From Fimicolochytrium jonesii (lineage: Eukaryota), in assembly GCF_025526975.1 (NCBI RefSeq), contig NW_026515671.1, positions 186,001 through 250,000 on the forward strand: a stretch of 64,000 nucleotides of DNA, written 5' to 3'. The notes beneath the pieces were generated by a model. It did no database searches. It was given only the letters and a program-made list of their open reading frames with translations, and was not told the DNA's origin. Positions 1 to 13,240 of the stretch are shown here, piece after piece (position 1 is the stretch's first letter; every line of letters begins with the position of its first letter). Position numbers and translations under genes: made by a program.

Positions 1-385
1 TGAAAACATTGGGGAAATCTACGGACCCCGCGAGTCTGCGGATGCGACATATCCTTGTGTTGAGGATTGGGGAGAAGAGGATCTTGGGGAGGGTTTTGGC
101 AAAGTGAACAGCGCATTAACCCGCACGTCACCAAACCAAGCAGACATCGAAGGACCCTTTCGTTACGACCCCGCGGCATATGTAGGCTGATGTGGGTTGC
201 TCATAGCGCGGTAATTTATGTATATGTACACTACTGCACCATTCAGAGTTAGGTCAGCCGAGATAGATTATGTGTGTATTTAATCTGGGCGTGTAGGCAA
301 ATGCAAACGGGGACGCTGCAGCAACGAACAAAACGGGGCCTTCTGAGAATTTTTTTTCGCTGCCAATCCCGAAGGTGGAAACCAG

Positions 386-450
386 TTAGGGTTAGGGTTA
401 GGGCTAGGGTTAGGGCTAGTAGCATTCAGCCCTAACCGGCCCGAAGGCCG
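386..450 (+). repeat. Short interstitial telomere-type repeat (TTAGGG/CTAGGG x5) with two adjacent hairpins
   Basis: TTAGGG TTAGGG TTAGGG CTAGGG TTAGGG at 386-415; GGTTAGGGCT (408-417) is the exact reverse complement of AGCCCTAACC (428-437); CGGCC-CGAA-GGCCG at 437-450. Confidence 0.85.
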
Positions 451-2244
451 AGCGTGTTGTTATGATAGGTTAGTTACCCAAAAAGTCACCAAGTTTATGT
501 CGCTTATTATAGTGTTAAGTGGACGGTAGCGTGGATAGCAAACACGGGTAGCGTCGTTAGCAATTCCCTTTCTTTTTCCCCTCACCATTGTAACAAGCAC
601 ACGAACATCATGACGAGTTTTACGGCTACGTTGCCCGCACTGACACGACGATTGAAACGGCGGCGAACACGCCAGTCATCGAGATTCTGCGTGCACTCTC
701 CACGCAACCACCTCTTGTGGTGTGCAACGACGAGCGGCTCGTATCGGGCAAGGGGGATGGTCAACTGCTCGGCCCGGAAGCCTTGACGGTTGTCTATCGG
801 GACGAGACCAAGCTAGCGGAGCGGTTAAGAGACGGACGGTCAAGGAGCTGAAAGATGAGATAGCCGGCCTCAAGAAGGACGTGAGCGCCCTAGCTTCACT
901 GTACTTGCGCAACGCGGCAATCTAGCTCTTTGCGCTCAAGGAACAACCCGAGTCGGATGCAGGGGCCTCGCACTGCTTTCAGGCGGCGCACAAGAAGGGG
1001 ACGGCTATTGGGTCTTTGAACAAGGTTGCCGCGGTGTACAGTCAGGTAGCAAAAAGCTGTCTCTCCTTCTAAATGAAGTCAATGACCGTTCCACAAGGTC
1101 GGCGGCACTGACTTAACCTCGAGGAGAGACAGCTTTTTGCTACCTGACTGTGCAATGCCAGCGAGGCTGCTGTGGTGGATGTGGATGCGGGAGGCTTGGC
1201 GAAGACGTTTGATGCTGTAATCAACAGAAGCAATGAAACTGTGCATTTTGCGAGCCGGCAGGATTTGGAAAGGGACGCTGTTGAGCCGGCCGGCGCGGCA
1301 GCTCGTGGGCAGGCACACCGGCTTGCGTCAGTCGTACCGTCAGCAAGCGATGGTATTGGATTTGAACGAGGAGATCATGGGGGCGTTTAGCTTTTTTTTT
1401 TTTGACAAATTAGCTTCCCGAAGGTCACGATACTCTGAAATCAACGTCGGTTCATTTGGAAGGTGCGCCGACCGAAGCCTTGTCGAGCTCCGGCTGGGAC
1501 GCCATCGCTTTGGGTGGGACAAGTGGCAAGCTCCGCCATGCGATTAAGAAGGTAACGTTGAGCCCAAAACCGTTCAGCTAGCTGAGCAAAGTGAGCAATT
1601 GAATGAGGGGTACGCGAATCCCCGGCTATCTCCACCGAGCACGTACGACAAATTTTGCCGTATTAGAATGATGGTCTAAAGCGCTTTGCATATACACATT
1701 GTATCATTTCTTCGTTCAAAATAAACTCGCCGTGTATGTGATCGCTTTGTTGAAATCGCTGTTCCGTGGTTGTTCCGTGGACGGGGAGACCGTGGCCGAG
1801 CTCGCGCGCGCAGAACCTCAGCGCTCACATTCGGCAGACATGACTACGGGATGGGAGCTTTGTGCCATGGCGGCTGGCTCGTCGAGTACCGCTTTTCCCC
1901 TATCTACGCTTCCACTCGCATCTATTCGTTTCGCGCGAGTGGTGCAGAATGGGCTATGGATTGGTGAGCGGAGAGATGTGATATCGGAGTTGGTGGGTAT
2001 GCATTCCGGGGAGTTTGTGGTGGGAGGCGGAGAAGATTATATGTCGGCCGCCGCTCCAATGGTATGCGCCATCTGGAGGTCAAACTGACGAAGCGAGCGA
2101 TCACCGCTATACCGTGACCACCGTCAATTCCCTATATCTTCCCCCATACCTTCCCACAACGCTTCCTCCGTTCCCACCCTCTGTCCACCGAACCCAATCC
2201 ATCGACCGTTTCCTCCCCCACACCCTTCCTCTCCTCCTACTTCA

Positions 2245-3080
2245 TCAAAACTTGACATTAAAACTCGTCTTACACCCACAGCTCGACTCCGCCCTCGGGT
2301 TATCCGTAACCTGGAAACTGGACCCAATCAGCTCCTCAACGTAATCCAGCGTGGACCCGTTGACGAAATCGAGGGAGGTGGTGTCGATTACTATTGTTGC
2401 GTTGTTTTTCGTTATTAGTCTAAAAAGGGGAGAAGAATTAGATGATGTGAAGGAGATATATGGGAGGGAGACATACGCGCACGTACATGTCTTCCGCAGG
2501 GTCATACTCATCCGTCAGCTCCATTTTGTACTGGAAGCCGTGGCAGCCGCCGGATTCGACTGTTACGCGGAGTTTCTTTGTGGTGTTGGATTTAGCGTTG
2601 ATGGCGTTTAGTTGCTGTGATGGGGGAGGGAGATCAGCATTGGCAGCAGGAACGGGAACTTCAATGGGTGACGAGACATACATTCGCGGCGGAATCAGAG
2701 ACCCAAAACGAGGGCTCAGCCGCTGGCGTCTCGGTTGGTTCTTCAGCTGATGCTGCTGCTGTGGATGCGGGAGGGGAGGGCTCCGGTTGCGGCTGGGTCT
2801 GTGATTGTCGAATATGTGCGGAAACTGTATAGGGACGGCGGTGCTCGTGGTGCGCAACCTCCGATAGGTCCACCCTGCCCTGCCACGACGCTGACACACT
2901 TCGGCTCGACCCGTTTCTCGCAAGGTTTGAGTATGCATGTCGTTGTTGGCAGGTTGGAATGAGAGAGCGGAGACAAGTTGTGGTTGCGGGCGGAAGACGA
3001 CGCAGTTGCTGGTTGAGGTGAGACAGCTGCAGGAGGAGGGAGCCTGCCCTCCGTAGGTACTGTGGGTTGCGGTGTGGCAT
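2245..3080 (-). CDS. ISA2: Mitochondrial iron-sulfur cluster assembly protein Isa2 (HesB/IscA family), 3 exons
   Basis: LRVTVESGGCHGFQY and IDTTSLDFVNGSTLDYVEELIGSSFQVTDNPRAESSCGCKTSF motifs; GT-AG introns 2615-2681 and 2420-2486 join the frames; Arg-rich presequence-like N-terminus from ATG 3080. Confidence 0.92.
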
Positions 3081-3292
3081 GAGTGTAGGTATGAGGCTGG
3101 TTGTGTTGGGCGGAGGTGCTGCTTGTGAAGCTGGGGGCCGATTGGGGGTTATTTTCCGAGATGGGGCAGACTGTCGGTGCTGCGAAATCAGAGAACTGGG
3201 CGAAGGCGTTGCGCGTGACGGGTTTGGCTGTTTGGCCAAGACGTGGGAAAAGCCACGCCCGTTGGCAAGTCGACTTTCTGGACAGAAGAACA

Positions 3293-5388
<2,096 letters not shown>

Positions 5389-5767
5389 AGTAGCGCGGCA
5401 GGGAACAGATAGACATGGGTGATACTTGGGCGTAAGTTAACAGCGGGAATAGACGTACATCATCAGCGTTTGCTGCACTATGGAGGATGGAAACAGGTCA
5501 GAAACGAGCAAAAGCGAAGTGTGCAAACAAGAGTGTCCGAAACCCACCCACGCGTCTGATCGTGTCCGAAAGTGAAGTAGAACGCTGAGAGCGCAAAGAG
5601 AAAATGAAGTCGGCGGCATCGACTCCCAAGTCCCAACCGACATTGGGCTTCAAATACAGATTTGCGCTCTTCGTGCAGCTGCGACTCACCTTCACTAGGC
5701 ATTACGGAGACGCCGGCCGACGCAGCTATATACTAGGCACCCCCTGTAACGACGCGAGATCCTCACC

Positions 5768-8700
5768 ATGGCGGGCCTCGAAGAGCAAGATGGCCCGATC
5801 CTCAACATGGACGATTTGGAGCATCACAAAGAGAACATCCGGCCAGTGAAGACGGGCAGAAGTGCCGCGGCGCTATCAAAGCTTTACGGGGCGTCCGGCT
5901 TGTCCTCCAGTTCACAAACCGGCGGTGTCACGAACGACGAGAGCGGAACCAGCCCGCTCTCAGCCTCGCAACTCGAATCCCAACGCCTTACCCTCGCCGA
6001 CACCCTCACCTCCTCCATCCAAGCCGGCCACGCCACCTTCAACCAATACCACACCTACCTCAAATTCCTGCAACAATACTACCCCGCCGGCCACCCCGAC
6101 TTCTACGACGTCCTCCAAGAATCCGTCCGGGTCTTCAAACACTCGCCTGAGTACAAGAACGACCCACGGTACCTCTGGATGTGGACCGAGGTTGCCAACC
6201 AAGCAAAGGACGCCGTCGAGGTGTTCAAGTACCTTTCCGTTAACGAGATCGGGACGGGGTTGTCGACGTTCTATGAGGCCTATGCGAGCTTGATGGTTGA
6301 GGCGAGACGGTGGGATGAGGCGGAGGAGTTGTACAGGGTAGGCATTGGAAAGGGGGCGGTGCCGGTGGAGAGGTTGAAGAGGAAGTTGGAGGATTTCATG
6401 AGGATGCCGAGAAGGGGTGAGGGGCGCGAGGAGGAGGGCGAGGGTGAAGGTGAAGGGGCGGAGGGGCGGGCGCAGGGGGGGTACTATAATGAGAACCAGC
6501 ACCTGCAGACGGCACGGAGACCGGCGTTGGCGCCGTTGGCGGCTGGTCCGAGAAGTAAACCGAGTGCTTCGGGGATATCGGCGGGCCCGTCGCAACCGCA
6601 GGGGAATGCGAGGGTGAAGATGCAGGTTTATCAAGATCGCAGTGAGAACGAGAGTCGACGGGCATTGACGTCTCGTGTGCTGCCGTCTGCGTCCACGGCA
6701 GGGCCATGGGCGGAGTATGGGACGTCCAGTTCGAGACGGAAGGAGAACGTGAGGGAAGCAACGAAATGGACGGGAAGTACGTTACCGCAGAGTGGGGCAG
6801 GCGGTGGACGGGCGGCTTTGGCTCCGCAACCGCGGTCGAGGATTGAGGTGTATCAGGACGAGGTGAGGAAACAATGCACATTTCGATTTGAGGTTGAGTA
6901 TTTGTATCTTGGGATTGAAGCTGAGTTTTTGTTGACTGCTTCACAGCCATCTGGGTCAGACCTCACCGTCCCCGGTGTATCGGATAATGTCCTGCGTGAG
7001 AAGGACATCAAAGCCGCCGCAGAACCCAGCACATCCACCATGCTAGCCGAAATCGACCGACCGTCGCCTCCGACTGCACCGCCCGCCACTGAGCCTGCAT
7101 CTCGACCAGCACAACCTAAACCGGCAAAAACTCAATCCTCATCGAATGGATCGAAACCATCCCGCCCGGAAAAGATGATGGTCAAAATGGACCTGTTTTA
7201 CGACGAGGCCGGCAACGTGTGGTCGTTTGAAGAGGTCCGTGCTGCTCATATGCTGCGAAAAGAGGAGGAGCAGCCACCTACACCTGCGCAGATCCGCGCC
7301 GCAGCGGATGACTCGGAGCCGAAATTCCACCAAAAAGCAAAAGCCGTCGCGTCCCCAACCATCAACACCAAAGCCGCCCTCGCAGACGTTTTCGAGATGT
7401 TCAACCAGCCTTTACAGTGCGAGTCCCAGCCACCATCGGCTGCTGGGAGTCGCGAGGAGGAGCGCGATGATGGACAGGGCGGGCTTTATGTCGAAGAGGA
7501 CGAGACGATCAGCGCCAAAGTGTTCAAACGCGATACGAATTTGGATATTGGCGTGTTCCAGGATGATGAGGATGATAGTGAGGATGAGGGCGTGCGGGCG
7601 AAGTATCCGAAACCGGTGAAAGCTTTCATGAAGGAGGATAAGGAGAACCCGTTTATCGACAGCCGAGATGCAGGGTCATCAGCGTCCAAGCCTGCCAAGA
7701 GCATCGTGCGTGCAGGGCAGGACGAAAACTCGTACAGTGAACCCTCCTTCCAACCCCGAAGCTCATCCACCAAACCCAGCAGCATCCTTCAAGTCACAGA
7801 CCCAGCCCTCCACTCCACCCCCTACCACCGCCGCGCCTCCGCCGGCGAAGACGACTACGAGCAGCCCTTAGCCGACCAAGATCAGGACGACGCCCACCAC
7901 TCCCACCACCCGCGCTTCCAAGGCCGCCTGGGCCCGCTCGCCATCATGACCCCCATCACCGAAGCCTCGCACGAGTCCTCTCGGGCTATGACGGGTCTCA
8001 GCACCATCGGCCGGCGCCCCGGGCTGATGGACGACGGCCACACGGTGATGACAATGAACACGTTCGGCGAACGTACGCTGAGCAGTATTAGTTATGAGGG
8101 GAGCGGGAAGTATGAGGAGGAGGACGAGGAGGAGGAGGAGAGCGAGGAGAGGAAACAGACCAGTGAACGGTTGCGTATACATGCTCAGGGGCCGGTTACT
8201 GTGGGCATGGGGAAGGTGGGGATTGGACGGGTGGGGGGGCGGGTGGAGGATGAGGCGAGGTTGGGGGAGGGGTATAGTGGGTTGAGGGTTGTGAGTGATG
8301 ATGAGGACGGTGGGAAGACTGGTGGTGGTGCGAGAGTGGGGGATTCGCAGCTCTTGGAATCATGGCAAGCCTTCGGCACCAGTGGATCACGCACGAAGAT
8401 CAACATCGCCAACCCATGCAACCCCTACACCGAGCCCGTCAAATCCCAAATCCTCTCCCGCTTCGACACCGCCTCGATCCCCTCCCTGCACTCACATCCA
8501 TCCACATCGCTCAACCTAACCACAACCATCGAAAAATCTTTGAAGAAAGCCGAACGAAGCACCAGCAAAGCCCGCGGACGCGACTCGGTTGCTGCAACGG
8601 ATACCCTGGTTTCGCTACCTGGTGCCAAGCCGCTCAAATTGGTGCGGAAGCTGGGCGAGGGCGGGTTTGGGAAAGTGTATTTGGTCGAGACGCCGTTGGA

Positions 8701-9991
8701 TGAGGATGACGCGGATATGTCCGATGAGGACGATGAGGATGATGGGGATGATGAGTGCTCGACGGATGGGAGTGACGAGGGGAGTGAGACGTCTCGTCGG
8801 TCGCCGGCGAGGAAAGTGGGGAGGAAACAGGTTGTGGAGACGTCGTGGGCGTTGAAGGTGCTGTCGACGCCGAATCCGTGGGAACATCTCCTGTTGTTGA
8901 CATTGCACGCAAGACTACCGCTCCGAATCACATCCTCCATCATCCGCCCGCACGCCTGCCATGTCTTCCAAGGCGAGACCTGCATGCTCCTCGCGAACGG
9001 CAAACACGGCACGTTATTGAACTGCGTCAACGTGGCGGGGAAATACGGGTACGGGAGCGGGCTCGGCGGGACTGGGGGTGGTGGGATAGGCGGCGCAGCG
9101 GGCGGTGATGCCGGGGTGGAGGAAGCACTCGCGGCGTTCTGGGCGATTGAGATTTTGAGGACGTTGGAAGGCGTGCATGCTGCTGGGGTCGTGCATCGGG
9201 ATGTGAAGGTGGATAATTTTTTGGTGCGGTTGGATGATTCGGCCGCAGGGGGCAAGAAGGGGGATGAGGAGTGGGATGGGGTTTATCAGCCTGATGGAGC
9301 GAGAGGGTGGGCTAAGCGTGGGGTGACGTTAATTGATTGGGGCACGGGGATTGACGTGAGGATGTTTGCGGGCGAGCAGAAGTTTACTGCTGCTGCGGAG
9401 ATTGTCGAGCCGACGGAACCGATGAAAAAGAACAGACGCAATGGCGACCATGATCCCAGTGTGGAGTGCTGGGAGCTTCGGAACGGCGTGCCGTGGACGT
9501 TTGAGCCGGATTGGTATGGCGCGGCGGGCGTGATTCATGTGTTGTTGTTTGGGCGATATATGCAAGTCGTTGAGGACGCGTCGGCTTGTGATACCAACAA
9601 CTCCAGCACACATCCGCGCCGACCGCATATCCGCCTCGCGGCCTCGTTCAAACGATACTGGCAGGTCGACCTGTGGAAACGGCTGTTTGACGCGCTTTTG
9701 AACGCTGGTGCGCAAAACGCCGCTGCGGTAGACGCACGTCTTCACGAACATGACACGAACAACAACGATTCGCCACCACCGCACGCATCGGTCCACGGTC
9801 CCGGGACAGACTACGACACCCTGCACAAATCGTTCCCGCACGTACATACGATCCGCGCCGCGAGGGTCGGGATGGAGGAGTGGTTGGCGAGGTCGTCGAC
9901 GCGGGTGGGGAAGAATTTGAGGGGGCTGTTGAAGAGGGTTGGGACGGCGACGGTTGAGGAGGGAAGGAGGAGTGGTGGGGGGAGGATGTAG
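5768..9991 (+). CDS. BUB1: Spindle checkpoint kinase Bub1/Mad3 (MadBub)
   Basis: N-terminal KEN box (KENIRP..GRS), TPR region (YKNDPRYL, EIGTGLSTFYEAYA), second KEN, GLEBS (SFEEVRA), CDI (SPTINTKAALADVFEMFNQ), kinase (GEGGFGKV, ALK, HRDVKVDN, IDWG, FKRYWQ); probable in-frame 84-nt intron 6863-6946. Confidence 0.95.
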   Translation: MAGLEEQDGPILNMDDLEHHKENIRPVKTGRSAAALSKLYGASGLSSSSQTGGVTNDESGTSPLSASQLESQRLTLADTLTSSIQAGHATFNQYHTYLKFLQQYYPAGHPDFYDVLQESVRVFKHSPEYKNDPRYLWMWTEVANQAKDAVEVFKYLSVNEIGTGLSTFYEAYASLMVEARRWDEAEELYRVGIGKGAVPVERLKRKLEDFMRMPRRGEGREEEGEGEGEGAEGRAQGGYYNENQHLQTARRPALAPLAAGPRSKPSASGISAGPSQPQGNARVKMQVYQDRSENESRRALTSRVLPSASTAGPWAEYGTSSSRRKENVREATKWTGSTLPQSGAGGGRAALAPQPRSRIEVYQDEVRKQCTFRFEVEYLYLGIEAEFLLTASQPSGSDLTVPGVSDNVLREKDIKAAAEPSTSTMLAEIDRPSPPTAPPATEPASRPAQPKPAKTQSSSNGSKPSRPEKMMVKMDLFYDEAGNVWSFEEVRAAHMLRKEEEQPPTPAQIRAAADDSEPKFHQKAKAVASPTINTKAALADVFEMFNQPLQCESQPPSAAGSREEERDDGQGGLYVEEDETISAKVFKRDTNLDIGVFQDDEDDSEDEGVRAKYPKPVKAFMKEDKENPFIDSRDAGSSASKPAKSIVRAGQDENSYSEPSFQPRSSSTKPSSILQVTDPALHSTPYHRRASAGEDDYEQPLADQDQDDAHHSHHPRFQGRLGPLAIMTPITEASHESSRAMTGLSTIGRRPGLMDDGHTVMTMNTFGERTLSSISYEGSGKYEEEDEEEEESEERKQTSERLRIHAQGPVTVGMGKVGIGRVGGRVEDEARLGEGYSGLRVVSDDEDGGKTGGGARVGDSQLLESWQAFGTSGSRTKINIANPCNPYTEPVKSQILSRFDTASIPSLHSHPSTSLNLTTTIEKSLKKAERSTSKARGRDSVAATDTLVSLPGAKPLKLVRKLGEGGFGKVYLVETPLDEDDADMSDEDDEDDGDDECSTDGSDEGSETSRRSPARKVGRKQVVETSWALKVLSTPNPWEHLLLLTLHARLPLRITSSIIRPHACHVFQGETCMLLANGKHGTLLNCVNVAGKYGYGSGLGGTGGGGIGGAAGGDAGVEEALAAFWAIEILRTLEGVHAAGVVHRDVKVDNFLVRLDDSAAGGKKGDEEWDGVYQPDGARGWAKRGVTLIDWGTGIDVRMFAGEQKFTAAAEIVEPTEPMKKNRRNGDHDPSVECWELRNGVPWTFEPDWYGAAGVIHVLLFGRYMQVVEDASACDTNNSSTHPRRPHIRLAASFKRYWQVDLWKRLFDALLNAGAQNAAAVDARLHEHDTNNNDSPPPHASVHGPGTDYDTLHKSFPHVHTIRAARVGMEEWLARSSTRVGKNLRGLLKRVGTATVEEGRRSGGGRM

Positions 9992-10912
9992 CTTTGCCCA
10001 TCAATGACGAAGATCGGATCCTCGGGCCTCAAGTCTCAATGTTGCAGGGACAAGACGGTTTGAATTGCATTTCAGTAACTACAAAAGCCCTTCATGTACA
10101 TTGGGGAGAAGGAAATGGTGTGATGTGGGTGGGTGGGGCCATCCTATACTTGCTGTATAGAAATGGATTAAGCTAAGGACACTAATGAATAAAATGACAT
10201 CCCACAATTTGGTCCTCCGATTGACCGCAGACAAGCTCGAAGGTCCCGGGTCGACACAGGCCTATACACTGTGGTTCTCCGCCCCGTCGTACACCGTTGT
10301 TCACCCCCCACACTGGTTCGATCGACGCTCTTACCACTGGGCGGAACCGACACTCTTACCACCTATCTTATCACCGCGCAACAAATCCGGCACCGGCATC
10401 TTCGGACGACACTGGCAGGCATTGGTGGTCTCAGTGCCGATATCCTCCAAAAGCGGATCTCGGACGAGTGGGACAGACGTAGGCATGTCGTGGAATGGAA
10501 AAGCCCTCCACGCGCAGTCCGTGGCTAGTTGTCGTTCTAGAGGGTAGATCCACACCAATCTACATACAGCGCTAGCGAACAGGTGGTCGTCGGCCATCTA
10601 CGTCCCCAACTCCGGTCGCTCGTCGCAGGCAGCGCAGTGTGCTATCGCATTTTGACGAGCGACCAGGACTGCTTGTTGGACGTTCTTGAGACTAATTCGC
10701 CAACTAACTCGCCTGGAGTTTTACATGTAGCTAAGCCCGGGTTTCTCCAGGAATCCAAGAGGAAAAGAGGAATTGAGCAAATCATTCAAGACAGTATGTT
10801 CCATTCAGACAAATCATAGGTTATACAGATTTATCTCATACATGTTTACATAGCGAACGTCCATTCCACCAAGTAACTTCTATCCACCACATCTAAGATC
10901 CCCATCTCCCAT

Positions 10913-11318
10913 CCCTCGACGTTCGGTACGTCGGCATTATGACTCTGTGTTCCCATTCCTTCCCTCGATGTTTGGCACATCGGAATTATGACTCGGTGTT
11001 CCCATTCCATCCCTCGACGCTTGGTACGTCGGCATTATGACTCTGTGTTCCCTATTCCATCCCTCGATGTTTGGCACATCGGAATTATGACTCGGTGTTC
11101 CCCATTCCATCCCTCGACGTTTGGTACGTCGGCATTATGACTCTGTGTTCCCTATTCCATCCCTCGATGTTTATCACATCGGAATTATGACTCGGTGTTC
11201 CCCATTCCATCCCTCGACGTTTGGTACGTCGGCATTATGACTCTGTGTTCCCTATTCCATCCCTCGATGTTTGGCACATCGGATCATGACTTTGTGTTCG
11301 AATTTTCCATCCCTCGAC
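10913..11318. repeat. Tandem array of 8 x 49-50-bp units alternating A/B (100-bp higher-order repeat), each with a 6-bp hairpin
   Basis: Units start at 10913, 10962, 11011, 11061, 11111, 11161, 11211, 11261; A=ccctCGACGTttggtACGTCGgcattatgactctgtgttccctattccat, B=ccctCGATGTttggcACATCGgaattatgactcggtgttccccattccat. Confidence 0.97.
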
Positions 11319-11479
11319 GACGCCTGTTTGGCCGGTTTTGCCACAGTGCGCTTTTGCAGGGATGAGATGTGATTGTCTTGCTGATGCCGCTTTCCGTGAA
11401 GCGTCGTTTGAGCGCATATCTACGGGCAGTGGTGCAGTGGCGGGTGTGTGTGTGTCCCTTCCGAAGATGCCGATTGCTC

Positions 11480-13215
11480 TTCAATCGCGTAGCGGTAGGT
11501 GTAGTTTGTAAGCCAGGAACGCCAGGCTGTCCTCGATCCGCGACTTGTCGACCCACTCGGCGGTGTGGGGTGGTTGGCCAGAGAGCCGGGCGAGGGACTC
11601 CGTGCGGTTGCGGTGGCTGCGTTGGCGCAGAATTTGGGCGTAGCGGTGGTTGTCGATGGAGGTCGACCACTCAGTTGGCTGGGCGTCCCAGATTTTAAGA
11701 TGTCTGCGTGGAACGTGGGATGCGTGCGACTGAGTTCCGGTCCGAGGGCGATCACGAAGTTGTTGGGTTGTTCGCCCGTCGCAACGCTTGAGCGTCCCCT
11801 TTGGTAGCTTGCGGTACTCGGGGGTGTTGATGGACGACTTGTGTACCAGGACGTGGGCGCCCGGCCGGATGCGGTGGTCGTAAGGTAGGCGTTTAGCATC
11901 CGCGTATCGGGCGTACCGGTCTTGAGCCTCCAGAATCCGCTCCTTCACCACGGCGATGATGTTGTTCAAGTCCTTAGCCCAGGTAGGACCGGGCAGCGGT
12001 GTTGGCGCGCTTGATATGTTGGGCCGTCGTGGGTGGTAACCCAGGTCCGCGAAGAAGGGGCTCATGCCGGTGGTTGCATTGATTGTATCAATGTGGGCGA
12101 ATTCCAGCGCGGCTAGGTGTTCGGACCAGTTGATGCCTGTGAGGTCGGGTTTGGTGGACAGAAGGGTGTTGACCGTTTGGATGGTACGTTCGGCCTGCCC
12201 CGCAGTCTGATGGTGTCCCCGTGCGGTAGCCGAGAATGTTTTGGATGTGGGTCCACATCTCGGAGGCAAAACGGGGATCGCGGTTGCAAATGATGGGTTT
12301 GGGAAGGCCTTGGAGACGGAATACCGCGCTGGCAAAACGTTTTGTATTGAACTCGTAGCGCTTTGTAAGAGTGGGGATGCGCAAGCTCCTTGGCTGCCAC
12401 CTTGGCGTGGGTCGGTACGAGGATGATGCGTGACAAGAGGTAGTCAACGATAATCAGAACGGCAGGGTGTCCGTCCATAGCTGAAGCGTATGGGGCCATT
12501 GGCGGTCGTGTGCGTGACCCTCACCCACCCGAAGATGCCGTGTATGGATGGCCACACCAGCTCTCTTCGTTGGTGCTGTCCTTCCCGTTGTTCGCTCTGA
12601 TCCAAGAACCGATGCCGTTGTTCATTTCCCCTAAAACGCCGAAAGACCACGCCCGAGTAGCCTGTGGATGTCGCTGCGAGTATCGGGATTTGCCAAGATG
12701 TCGCCATCGTATAAGAGGTGCGGTAGTGGGGGCTGTAAGCGTGGCGAGCAGTCCGGTCGTGGGGGCCTGGTCGGTGTGGGAGGGGTTTCCAAGGGCCTCG
12801 GCTTCGGCGGCGGCAGCAGCAGCGGCCAATTGGGTGTCCGTAGCTTCGGTTGGTTCCGCGACTGTGCGGCCGATATTGTCAAAAATACGGTTGATAGCCG
12901 TAGCGTTCCGGTGTGTAAAGCGGGGCAGCTCGCCGTCCTCGATTCGTTGTAGGGTCTTGAACAGTTTGGTGAGGGTGGCCTGGCGGAATTCGTCGGCAGG
13001 AAACCCGATGGTGAGGCCGCGGAGGACGTAGGTTTCGGTTATGTCCTTGCGTCGGACTTCGACGATGGTGCGGGCGAACCCAGTGAGGCAGTGCGTGCGG
13101 GCACGTTCGGGGGTTGCTCAGAGTCGTTATCGGCCTCAGAAACGGACGCCAACTGCGTAGCGTTCGCATTGGGAATGGGAGCGTTCGGTTGAGAACAGTG
13201 GCTTCCTCGAAGTCA
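11480..13215 (-). mobile_element. Decayed Ty3/gypsy (chromovirus-type) pol remnant: RNase H fragment, integrase, chromodomain
   Basis: Frameshifted pieces: [17 protein letters not shown] / LRSWRPFL (RNase H), AVLIIVDYLLSRIILVPT, GLPKPIICNRDPRFASEMW, HHQTAGQAERTIQTV, WSEHLAALEFAH..TTGMSPFFADLGYHP, HPTFHADILK (integrase), QILRQRSHRNRTE..GQPPHTAEWV (chromodomain). No RT domain or paired LTRs seen. Confidence 0.88.
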
Positions 13216-13240
13216 TCCTCCGAGAGATGAGCGAAGGCAC

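Noticed and set aside
600..1400. Coding-like fragments (e.g. VKELKDEIAGLKKDVSALASLYL)
   Set aside because: Short, frame-broken and without a recognisable family; may be a decayed gene but cannot be supported
10540..10912. Possible 3' LTR after the minus-strand purine tract
   Set aside because: No second copy found upstream of the pol remnant and no clean TG..CA boundary or convincing PBS
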